NCBI GenBank assembly: GCA_965205865.1
Contig: CBDBHR010000029.1
Span: 448,001 to 512,000, forward strand
Length of the DNA stretch: 64,000 bases
Direction of reading: 5' to 3'
From: a bacterium
GTDB lineage: Bacteria > SAR324 > NAC60-12
Below are positions 30,668 to 39,486 of this stretch, piece after piece. Under the pieces are notes generated by a model. It saw nothing but the letters and a program-made list of their open reading frames with translations, did no database searches and was not told the DNA's origin. Each line of letters opens with the position of its first letter. Positions within the stretch are counted from its first letter, which is position 1. A program made the translations under genes and the position numbers.

Positions 30668-31772
30668 TCAAAAAGAGACGCCTCTTCCCGTGGTTCCCTT
30701 TCTTGCCAAAATTCCTTTATCCACTAAATCCCGCAAATCAAGACTGGCTACCATGGCTTGAGAATCGGTCAGTTTTTGGTATTCTTGATTGGTGATTTTT
30801 CTCTCTTCCTTGACAAAGAGAATGGCTTTGATCTGTCGTTCATTCAGAGCGAGATCCCTTAAAAATGCTTCGGTAACCTTGTCTTTTTGGAAGGTTACCG
30901 CAAATCCTCCAAATTGTTCTTCAAAAACCGGCTCGGGTAATCCGGCTCCTACACAAGCATGAATTATTCTTTGAATGCCACTGCCATAGCGTTCGATCAG
31001 CCCAAGATCATAGAATATCCGGGCAATCAACTTATTCCTCGGTTTGGATGAATGGTTGGGAAGATGCAGTTCTTCCAATGTCATACCCCAAGGTAAGGTA
31101 CCAGGGTTCCATATTCGGATAAAATCATCATATATTTTGATCTGAATATCGGCAGCAGCACTATAATCCCGGTGACAGATGGCATTAATCACGGCTTCCC
31201 GTAAAGCGTCCAGGGGATACTCCCATCGTTCCTCCCTGCGGGACTTGCCCGTTATAACAAATTCAACATTGATATGTTTGCAGATGAATTCGATGACCGT
31301 CTTCCACTTGATCAATAATTGTCCCTCCAATCACCCGGTCATCCATAATTTTTATATGGGTTTTAAAGCGGCCACAATGTATTTGTGCTTGGAGTAATGG
31401 CGATTGGGGACGCTTTCCAAAAAACAGGATGGCTGCCCCGGTCGGGATATCTTTTTTGACGAGTTCAAGTTTTTCGAGAAGTTCAATCAGGTCGTTTATG
31501 GGAGTGAACCGTCTTCTGCCTGTATCAGAAGAGGATTGGACAAATCGTTTCACCATTTCTAAGTCTATTGCATCCAGGGTTACGTCTCTAGCGGGTAAAG
31601 CATCCCAACTGTTGCCTGTAGAAATCAAATGCATTTGGGCAATTTCTTGAGGTGACAAGAGGCGATTGCTTTTGGCGACTCTCAGAAAACGTCGGCCTCT
31701 CGTGGCGACAGGTTTTAGGGGGTATTCTTGAATTTGAATCAGGACAATGTTCTTGCCCTCAACCTCTTCCAT
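30668..31772 (-). pseudogene. AlbA_2/HATPase_c_4/wHTH (RecG-C-like) ATP-binding protein, frameshifted and 5'-truncated
   Basis: YP..ALREAVINAICHRDY, WNPG, PRNKLIA, ERYGSG; split across two frames near 31290. Confidence 0.75.
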
Positions 31773-31882
31773 ATGGATTTCCCAAAATTTTCATCAAGAC
31801 TATTTTCTTAATTGCCTTTGCTTTTGAGAACATTTACTATGGTTTTATAAACCTTGAAGCATGCATCCCCTGATGGAGTTCT

Positions 31883-32149
31883 GTGCCCAAAATTTGTGAG
31901 TTTTTTGGAATTGTTATTCAGATGTATTATAATGAAAGCATTGAACACGTTCCACACTTTCATGCAAAATATGCAGGACGCAAAGCGTCATTTTCCATTG
32001 AGAATCCCTGTGTTTTAGAGGGAAATTTACACCCAAGAGCAGAACGAATGATCATCGAATGGGCACAAGAACACCAGGATGAATTGCTTGAGAACTACCA
32101 AAAAATGCGAAACGATGAAAAACCTCAAATAATTGAACCACTGAAATGA
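31883..32149 (+). CDS. DUF4160-family protein (putative toxin)
   Basis: MPKICEFFGIVIQMYY...PHFHAKY...EWA..H..EL...IEPL. Confidence 0.85.
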   Translation: MPKICEFFGIVIQMYYNESIEHVPHFHAKYAGRKASFSIENPCVLEGNLHPRAERMIIEWAQEHQDELLENYQKMRNDEKPQIIEPLK

Positions 32150-32460
32150 ATGAACATTCCACAGTTATCGGCATCAGGGAAAATCAAGATTCAAAAAGCA
32201 ATCTTGATCCCCATTTACTCGGCGTCGTTGAAGCTATTTATCTCCACGATTTCAAATTAGTCATTAAGTTTGATAACGGAGAATCACGTTTGGTCGACTT
32301 ATCAGATAAAATGAGGAATGCTAAAGGGATTTTTTTAGAGTTAAAAGATCCTGAGAATTTTAAAAAATTTCAGATCAATCCTGATACAGATACGATTGAA
32401 TGGGAAAACGGGGCTGATTGGTCACCTGAAACTTTGTATTTAATGGGAACCCCCATTTAG
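32146..32460 (+). CDS. DUF2442-family protein (putative antitoxin)
   Basis: L.I.FDNGE...VD...F..L....F.....TIEWENGADWSPETLY; ATGA overlap with the upstream gene. Confidence 0.85.
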   Translation: MNEHSTVIGIRENQDSKSNLDPHLLGVVEAIYLHDFKLVIKFDNGESRLVDLSDKMRNAKGIFLELKDPENFKKFQINPDTDTIEWENGADWSPETLYLMGTPI

Positions 32461-32548
32461 CGTTGATCCAAATTTTTTCTCTCCAATTTAGGTATGATAT
32501 TTTTAAAGGGGTGAGGGAATAATTTAAATAAATCGGATATGTCTTAAA

Positions 32549-32741
32549 CTCGACTTTGAACATTTTATCCAACTTTTGGGTTTAATAAAATCAATGTCTT
32601 ACGAATCTGTATTGGAATTAATACAGGTCGTATCATCAAAAACGGAAAACAGCAACCTGTATTAATTTTTTACAGAATTTCAACCAACTGATATTATTGA
32701 ATAATAAAATTAAAAGAACAAATCGAATGTCCAAAGTCCAG
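32549..32741. mobile_element. MITE, 193 bp
   Basis: TIR CTCGACTTTGAACATT / AATGTCCAAAGTCCAG; TCTTAAA on both flanks; internal hairpin TTAATACAGGT..ACCTGTATTAA. Confidence 0.7.
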
Positions 32742-32950
32742 TCTTAAAAAAAAAGTTGATTTATTGCTAGATATAAAATATATTCCTTAAATAGTCGCTG
32801 TCACGAAATGGCTTTTAGCCCTCTGCTGTCAGCTATCGGTTTTTGAATCATATTGATATACAGTTTTTTTTGTCAGTGAAAACGGTTAGCTGAGAACAGA
32901 AAGCCTTAAATGCTTGACAAACATTTGCAGAGCGATTATACAATAGTTTC

Positions 32951-33305
32951 TTCCAGAAACGGAAGGGCAATCATGCGATCCTTTATATTGCCGCTTCCCG
33001 TACACGTGCCGTCAGGATGACATGAAAGTCTGAAAATAACCCGTTTCAAGTATAAAAAATCTTGATAATGAGGTGGATATGAGAGTAAACTCAAAACCAG
33101 TTCCCAGTAATAAGTTCCGAGCACCAAGCTCCCAATCACAAGTTCTACCCCCTTATATTATCTCGACTTCAGGGAGAGATCCCTAAGATTCCTCGTTCCC
33201 AATTCCCCATTCCCCGTTTCGGGAAGGGAACGTCAATGAATTTGGAAAATTATGGACACCTGAGTGCGTCCTGTTTTCAGTCATTAGTCTTATAAGGAGA
33301 AGCCT
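32951..33305 (+). ncRNA. Candidate structured 5' leader upstream of SBP4
   Basis: Paralog of 25611-26075. Confidence 0.4.
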
Positions 33306-33357
33306 ATGGTGAAATCAAGTCAGCCGAAAGTGAATTTTTATTCCTTCAACCTAAATA

Positions 33358-33561
33358 GTGCTTGGCAGAAAAATACTCAAATTGCTGATATTAAATGACA
33401 TTTCTTCAATTTCATAGGATGAAGATTTGTTTGATACAGTGTTCAGGTGGCCAAAATCAGCAAAAAATGAGATATTTGATGAGTTTCCCAAAATCTTCGT
33501 TTCTTGAAAATAGGTGAATACCATTAAATATCATGTAGTTATCTAGTTTTCGGCCAAGCAC
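33358..33561. mobile_element. MITE, 204 bp
   Basis: TIR GTGCTTGGCAGAAAA / TTTTCGGCCAAGCAC; 6-bp TSD TAAATA; absent from the paralogous SBP3 leader. Confidence 0.85.
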
Positions 33562-33783
33562 TAAATAACAATAAAGGTAAAAATGAAACTAATCATTAGA
33601 GAAATCGTCGAGAACCTGCTTTCGGGAATCAAAGCAGGTTTTAATAATCTTGTTTTTAATCAAAAAGCAGAAAGGAGTACCATGAATCGTCAAAATAGTA
33701 GAAACATCGTCGAGAACGTGCTTTCGGGAATCAAAGCAGGTTTTAATAATCTTGTTTTTAATCAAAAAGCAGAAAGGACTAAG

Positions 33784-35571
33784 ATGAACCGTAAAAAAAG
33801 CAGCTCAAAATTAAGCGCAACCCTGCTGGCTCTCATCCTGGGAGCAAGCGTCTTCATGGCTGGCCAGGTCTGGGCAGCCGAGTACGTGACGGACCCCACC
33901 AACGGCAAGGTGGTGACCGCACCCGAGTATGGCGGGACATTGACCTTTGCCAAGGCGTCCATGTCGCCGCATACTTCCGTCTATCACCATGACTGGGCGG
34001 CAGAGCCCGTCAGTGGCGTTTTAGAGAAGCTAGGCATCATGGACTGGGCAATAGATAGGGACAAATATAGCTTTAGAACAACGTACAAGCCTGAGTTTGC
34101 CCTAAGAGGGCACCTGGTGGAAAGCTGGGACACACCCGACCCGCTAACGTATATCTTCCACATCCGTAAGGGCGTTCAGTGGCATGATAAGGCGCCGATG
34201 AACGGGCGGGAGCTAACTGCGTATGATGTCGAATATCACTATCACCGTTACATTGGTATAGGCAGCGGCTTCACCGAACCTGCTGAACGTTATAGCAAGT
34301 GGCCATTCGTTACTCTGCCATACGAATCGATAACGGCCACCGACAAGTATACCATGGTCGTTAAGCTGAAGAGCCCGGACCCCGAAGCGCTAATGACCCT
34401 TACCATCAACAACAAGTTGTTTATAGAACCACCCGAGGTCATAAAAGAAAAGGGCGACCTTTTGGACTGGAGGAACATGGTCGGCACCGGACCCTTTGAG
34501 CTGACCGACTGGGTCGACGGCGTCTCTTATAGCTATACCAAGAACCCCAACTACTGGGGCTACGACCCAAAATATCCGGAGAACCGCTTGCCCTATATTG
34601 ACGGGCTAACGGGCCTGATTATGCCGGATGAAGCAACACGTATAGCGGCACTACGCTCGGGTAAGATTGATGCGCTGGCTATGTTTGTCGGCTATGGTCA
34701 AATAGCTTCTATGGACCAGGTAGAGAGCCTTAAGAAAACCAATCCCGAACTGAAGATGGAGTGGATGTCATATCGGTCGATGACGTCTTGGACTGTTAAC
34801 ACATCCAGGCCGCCCTTTGATGACGTCAGGGTGCGGCACGCATTGCAGATGGCGCTGGACCTCGAGACAATTAACAACACTTACTGGGGAGGGCAGGCAA
34901 TGACGACACCTCAGGGGTATATGGGGGCAGGTTTTACCGGGTATGTCACCCCATATGAAGATTGGCCCGAAGAGATCAAGGGATACTATTCCTACGATCC
35001 GGAAGGGGCGGAAGCGCTGCTTGATGCGGCCGGATATCCCCGCGGCGCGGACGGTATTAGATTTAGTGTAGTCTTGGACGTAGGCGTACCCATTTGGGAT
35101 CCAGCCTATAACCAATTAGCCGCGGACTACTGGGCCAAGATTGGCGTTGATGCAAAAATCGTCACCGGCGAGTGGCCTGTTATTGCCGCACGCGTAACGG
35201 GAGACCGTGATTTTGACATGTACGCTTTTATTTCGGGAAACGAGTGGCACCCTTTGTCACAGGCACAACAGATGTTGTCGGACAGTACTACCAACTGGCC
35301 CGCAGTCCGGGACGCTGTTTATGAGGCCATGGTTGCAGAAGCCGCAGCCGCTACCACCACTGAGGAGCGGCAAAGGCTGTTCAAACATATAGATGCGTAC
35401 ATTACGGAAAAGCACTGGTATATATGGGGTTCCAGAGTTCCGCAGTTTAACGTGTTCCAGCCGTGGCTGGTAGGTTACGCCGGTGAAAGCGAATTGGGAG
35501 AGACTGATCGCCTACTAATCGCGGCCCGCGTCTGGATTGATAGTGCTCTGAAAAAAGAAATGGGTCATTAG
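33784..35571 (+). CDS. ABC substrate-binding protein, family 5 (SBP4); in-frame upstream starts at 33583 and 33682
   Basis: Same signal peptide as SBP3; PEYGG, GTGPF, PFDDVRVRHA. Confidence 0.9.
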   Translation: MNRKKSSSKLSATLLALILGASVFMAGQVWAAEYVTDPTNGKVVTAPEYGGTLTFAKASMSPHTSVYHHDWAAEPVSGVLEKLGIMDWAIDRDKYSFRTTYKPEFALRGHLVESWDTPDPLTYIFHIRKGVQWHDKAPMNGRELTAYDVEYHYHRYIGIGSGFTEPAERYSKWPFVTLPYESITATDKYTMVVKLKSPDPEALMTLTINNKLFIEPPEVIKEKGDLLDWRNMVGTGPFELTDWVDGVSYSYTKNPNYWGYDPKYPENRLPYIDGLTGLIMPDEATRIAALRSGKIDALAMFVGYGQIASMDQVESLKKTNPELKMEWMSYRSMTSWTVNTSRPPFDDVRVRHALQMALDLETINNTYWGGQAMTTPQGYMGAGFTGYVTPYEDWPEEIKGYYSYDPEGAEALLDAAGYPRGADGIRFSVVLDVGVPIWDPAYNQLAADYWAKIGVDAKIVTGEWPVIAARVTGDRDFDMYAFISGNEWHPLSQAQQMLSDSTTNWPAVRDAVYEAMVAEAAAATTTEERQRLFKHIDAYITEKHWYIWGSRVPQFNVFQPWLVGYAGESELGETDRLLIAARVWIDSALKKEMGH

Positions 35572-35579
35572 GGGTTTTA

Positions 35580-35613
35580 GGGAGAGCTGGGTGGCTCAAG
35601 CTTCCCAGCTCCC
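35580..35613 (+). terminator. Intergenic hairpin between SBP4 and its permease (possible mRNA stabiliser or attenuator)
   Basis: GAGCTGGG...CCCAGCTC stem; related sequence at ~28130-28154 after SBP3. Confidence 0.45.
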
Positions 35614-35649
35614 ATACTCATTAAGCAATTAGGGGACGCGGTATCTGAC

Positions 35650-36606
35650 ATGAGAGCCTATATCATCAGGCGGTTATTGCTGATAATCCCCACCTTGTTT
35701 ATACTGAGTATCATAGTCTTTCTCTCGGTCCGCTTCATCCCCGGCGATGTAATAGACGTAATGCTGGCTAGAATGGAAGGGCTTGTCGGTGAGATTGACC
35801 GTGAAGCTGTTGAGCATATGCTGGGATTAGACGTGCCTGTCTACGTACAGTATGGACGCTGGATAGGAGGTATTTTCCGGCACGGCACTCTTGGCGAATC
35901 ACTGTATGGCCATTGGTCGGTGGAAGAGAAGATAATAGGTAGATTGCCGGTGACCATTGAGCTTGGTCTCCTGGCAATCGTAATCGGGCTGGTGATAGCG
36001 CTACCCGTCGGCATCTACTCGGCGATCCGCCAGGATACGGCCGGCGACTACGTGGGGCGCTCGGTCGCCATCATCGGCCTGGCAACGCCTAACTTCTGGC
36101 TGGGAATGATGATCATAATCTTCCCGGCAATCTGGTTCGGCTGGTCGCCGCCGATGAAGATGGTTCCTTTCACCGAAGACCCCCTGGGCAATCTAGCGGT
36201 GTTCCTCATTCCCAGCGTGATTCTGGGTACGGCCATGTCTGCAGCCACCATGCGCATGACGCGCACCATGATGCTGGAGGTGCTAAGGCAGGACTATATC
36301 CGCACCGCCTGGTCCAAGGGGCTCAAGGAGCGGATCGTGATTATCCGGCACACCATCAAAAATGCCCTCATCCCGGTGGTGACCCTGATCGGCCTGCAGT
36401 TGCCGATCCTGGTCGGGGGTGCCGTGATCATGGAGAACATCTTCAACCTGCCGGGGATCGGCCGGCTCATGCTGGATGCCCTGCAAAACCGAGACTACCC
36501 GATGGTTTCCGGAATCAACCTGTTTTTCGCCAGCGGCGTGGTGCTGCTCAATCTCATGATCGACCTGATTTATCCCTATCTGGACCCGAGAGTGCGGTAT
36601 GAGTGA
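35650..36606 (+). CDS. ABC permease, OppB type
   Basis: Same motifs as the other OppB copies. Confidence 0.92.
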   Translation: MRAYIIRRLLLIIPTLFILSIIVFLSVRFIPGDVIDVMLARMEGLVGEIDREAVEHMLGLDVPVYVQYGRWIGGIFRHGTLGESLYGHWSVEEKIIGRLPVTIELGLLAIVIGLVIALPVGIYSAIRQDTAGDYVGRSVAIIGLATPNFWLGMMIIIFPAIWFGWSPPMKMVPFTEDPLGNLAVFLIPSVILGTAMSAATMRMTRTMMLEVLRQDYIRTAWSKGLKERIVIIRHTIKNALIPVVTLIGLQLPILVGGAVIMENIFNLPGIGRLMLDALQNRDYPMVSGINLFFASGVVLLNLMIDLIYPYLDPRVRYE

Positions 36607-37540
36607 ATCAAAGCGACGGGGCCGGCTGGCGGATTTCTTCATCAGGCTTCTCAAGGAGAAGCCGCTCGGTACTGTCGGCGGGATTATCACATTGATATTG
36701 ATTCTGGTGGCGATCTTCGCTGATGTTCTGGCCCCTTATCCACATGATGAGATACACGTGGTAGACAGACTGCAGGGCTCATCAGCCCAATATATGCTGG
36801 GTACCGACCAGCTGGGGCAAGACCTCTTGAGCCGCATTATCCACGGGGCTCGTGTTTCGTTAACTGTCGGTCTGGCCGCGACGGCGCTCAATGTGCTCAT
36901 CGCAGCCCTGATCGGCGGCACTTCCGGATTCCTTGGGGGGAAAGTGGACCTGGCTGCGCAACGCTTTGTCGATGCCTGGATGGCCTTTCCGGGACTACTG
37001 CTCTTGCTGACCATCATGTCCATCGTGGGACAGGGGCTCCTCCAGATCATCGTGGTCCTGGGGGTCACCGGAGGCATCGGCGGCTCCCGAGTCATCCGAG
37101 GCGCCGTGGTGGGCATTAAAGAGAATGACTATTTTCTGGCAGCCAGGGCCGTGGGCACCCCCACGCGCCATATCCTGATCCGGCATGTCCTGCCCAATAT
37201 CATGGCGCCCATCATCATCATCTTCTCGATCAACATTGGCGGAGTTATCATTGCCGAGGCGTCGCTGAGCTTCCTCGGATACGGGCTGCCCTTCGAGATA
37301 CCCAGCTGGGGTGGCATGCTCAGCCGGGAAGGACGCCTGTACATGGAGATGGCGCCGTGGCTGGCTTTCTGGCCCGGTATCTTCCTGACGATTACCGTCT
37401 ACTCCCTCAACATGTTCGGCGATGCCCTCAGGGACCTGCTCGACCCCCGACTGCGCGGCGGAGAGGGCAGTTACGGCGCCGCAGGGAGGAAACGCAAACG
37501 AGGATTTCTCGCCCGGCTGATCAACCCCTTCAAATGGTAA
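36599..37540 (+). CDS. ABC permease, OppC type
   Basis: LGTDQLG, RHVLPN, GDALRDLLDPR. Confidence 0.92.
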   Translation: MSESKRRGRLADFFIRLLKEKPLGTVGGIITLILILVAIFADVLAPYPHDEIHVVDRLQGSSAQYMLGTDQLGQDLLSRIIHGARVSLTVGLAATALNVLIAALIGGTSGFLGGKVDLAAQRFVDAWMAFPGLLLLLTIMSIVGQGLLQIIVVLGVTGGIGGSRVIRGAVVGIKENDYFLAARAVGTPTRHILIRHVLPNIMAPIIIIFSINIGGVIIAEASLSFLGYGLPFEIPSWGGMLSREGRLYMEMAPWLAFWPGIFLTITVYSLNMFGDALRDLLDPRLRGGEGSYGAAGRKRKRGFLARLINPFKW

Positions 37541-37788
37541 GCGGATAAAAGGAGACCGTCCCTTTTTCCTTCCTGAGAATCGCTTTTTTTTCTTCTGCGT
37601 AAAGTTTGGGCCATTTGGTAGAATCAGGCCCGAGAGAACCTCTTCCTTTTTTTAGACCTGGATTATTCATAGTGCTAACGCAGAGGTGAGGAGTGGCGGG
37701 GACGAGAACCTTTGAAATCAGCACTATCCTTCAACTTACTAAAATGTATCGAAAAAGCACCTATCCCGCCATCGCATCCACCGTTTTG

Positions 37789-38085
37789 TTAGCCATTCAT
37801 CAGTCTTTTCCTTATCCAACTTGGATTACGACGACAATCGAGTATGGCCACGACTAAAACCAGGTCTTTGGCTATTCGGTAATAGACAGCAAAAGGAAAT
37901 CGTTTGGAGAGAAGTCGATGATAGCCGAAAACCAAACTATGGATACCTCCGAAATATGAGAGAGAGTCAATATCAGAATATATCGAATCGAGAAAATATG
38001 AGCCAAGAGCAGGTGATTTCTTTTCATAAAAGCGATATCCCTCTTCAATATCTCGCTCAGCAGCATCGAGTATCCTGACAATCAT
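37789..38085 (-). CDS. RelE/ParE-family toxin
   Basis: AERDIEEGYRFY...RFPFAVYY...V.V.A..D.RRNP. Confidence 0.85.
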   Translation of the reverse strand: MIVRILDAAERDIEEGYRFYEKKSPALGSYFLDSIYSDIDSLSYFGGIHSLVFGYHRLLSKRFPFAVYYRIAKDLVLVVAILDCRRNPSWIRKRLMNG

Positions 38086-38339
38086 GAAACATTCTTTCTA
38101 ATTCTGTCCTTGGCATTTTCCCAATCAGATATACTGGCATTACCAGTTTCAATCGCTTTTTCTCGATCCTTAAGTACTTCATCATGCCAAGCCGGTGATT
38201 CAAGGTGCTCCTCATCCCTGCTCAAATCATGCCAAATAGCCTCCATTAGATTGAGCTTTTGAGCCAGCGTAAATTGTGATAAGGGAAGTAGATCAACTTT
38301 TTCCATAATCTTTTTCCTTTCAAGGGGATAATGTTCCAA
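38082..38339 (-). CDS. Putative addiction-module antitoxin
   Basis: KL.LMEAIW.DL......SPAWH..VL..R........DWE..K; overlaps the toxin start. Confidence 0.85.
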   Translation of the reverse strand: MEHYPLERKKIMEKVDLLPLSQFTLAQKLNLMEAIWHDLSRDEEHLESPAWHDEVLKDREKAIETGNASISDWENAKDRIRKNVS

Positions 38340-38521
38340 TCAAGTAAAATTAAAGGCTTTAGACAACACATTTCAGGTTGTGCTGTAGCTCTGGGAATTG
38401 AGTTGTTGAATTCGCTGCAATCACTCATCATCGGAGGTTAATTTCCTCATTGAATCATTGCCTCCACGTTCTCAATTTATCAATTATTATCTAGAACTCA
38501 GGTTATCTCAGGTAAGACAAA

Positions 38522-38650
38522 TAGACAAGACGGGGAAAGATTCAATGGCTTCATAATAATCGGCAATCCAGTCGACGACAGCTATACCATGGTGCCGGAA
38601 AGCATCCGGAGACATGTGAAAGTTTTTCTTTTCAGCATTTTCTTTTGCAA
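38522..38650 (-). pseudogene. Duplicated 5' fragment of the decarboxylase gene (copy of ~18964-19092)
   Basis: Near-identical ~130 bp: AGACAAGACGGGGAAAGATTCAATGG...TTTTCTTTTGCAA. Confidence 0.85.
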
Positions 38651-38883
38651 TGAGCATGGAACCGTATTGTCTTCGACAGCTATCTCAAGGCATCGGAGAC
38701 GCTGTGGCGTTCTCTCCCTGACACCCCACTAAGGGAGCACCGAGTGTGATCGAATCCGCTCCCAACGGATTCACGAGTACAGTCCGGAAAAACTATCTCT
38801 ACATTTTTCATCGGTGATCTTTCGGATTAAATCGAGCACTGGAAAGAGAGTGTTCAGACGGTGTGAGAGTCGAGCGATCCCCT

Positions 38884-39051
38884 TCATAGATAACCCTCCT
38901 CTTTGGCCTCTTCTTCCACCTCCTCATAATCCCACATCACTTTGATCTTCGCGTCGTATTCGGAGAACCCCTTTTTTTCGATCAAAAAGCGTTGCAGAGC
39001 ATACTCCATGTACATGCGGTATTCTTTGTGATAAGAATTTTGATCCTCCAC
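38884..39051 (-). CDS. Small acidic hypothetical protein, 55 aa (missing from the ORF track)
   Basis: GAGGAGG RBS then GTG: MEDQNSYHKEYRMYMEYALQRFLIEKKGFSEYDAKIKVMWDYEEVEEEAKEEGYL. Confidence 0.55.
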   Translation of the reverse strand: MEDQNSYHKEYRMYMEYALQRFLIEKKGFSEYDAKIKVMWDYEEVEEEAKEEGYL

Positions 39052-39084
39052 CTGTCCTCCTCATCACCAGGGTTTCCCCGGATT

Positions 39085-39474
39085 CTAGTTTTTATTGATT
39101 ATCCTGCCATTTCCCCTCTTTGGCAGGGCTTGCGCTGTTGTTTTCAAAGCATTGAAGCATCGGACCAGCAAAATGGCCGCCTTTTTGCGGATGACTTCCA
39201 CTTGAGCCACGTCGGTTTCTTCGGGAAAGGAGAGTGTGAAACGAAGGTCCTGGCGTTCGAGATCAGTGAGGGTTTGATCATTTCCCACTGATTTAGCAAG
39301 GGAAATCAAACGGGAAAGAGTTCCCATGAAATATTGCTGAGCGATCAACTCCACCAAATCCGGATGTGGATCGTTTCCAGTGGAGGATCGGTTTACCGGA
39401 TGGCAAAGTTTCAGTTTTAAAACTTCAACGAGATCGACACACACCCGCTGCTGGTCGGCCGTATTGAGTGTCAT
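39085..39474 (-). CDS. Hypothetical protein
   Basis: 129-aa ORF directly downstream of icmF and in the same orientation. Confidence 0.5.
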   Translation of the reverse strand: MTLNTADQQRVCVDLVEVLKLKLCHPVNRSSTGNDPHPDLVELIAQQYFMGTLSRLISLAKSVGNDQTLTDLERQDLRFTLSFPEETDVAQVEVIRKKAAILLVRCFNALKTTAQALPKRGNGRIINKN

Positions 39475-39486
39475 CGGAAATCCTGG

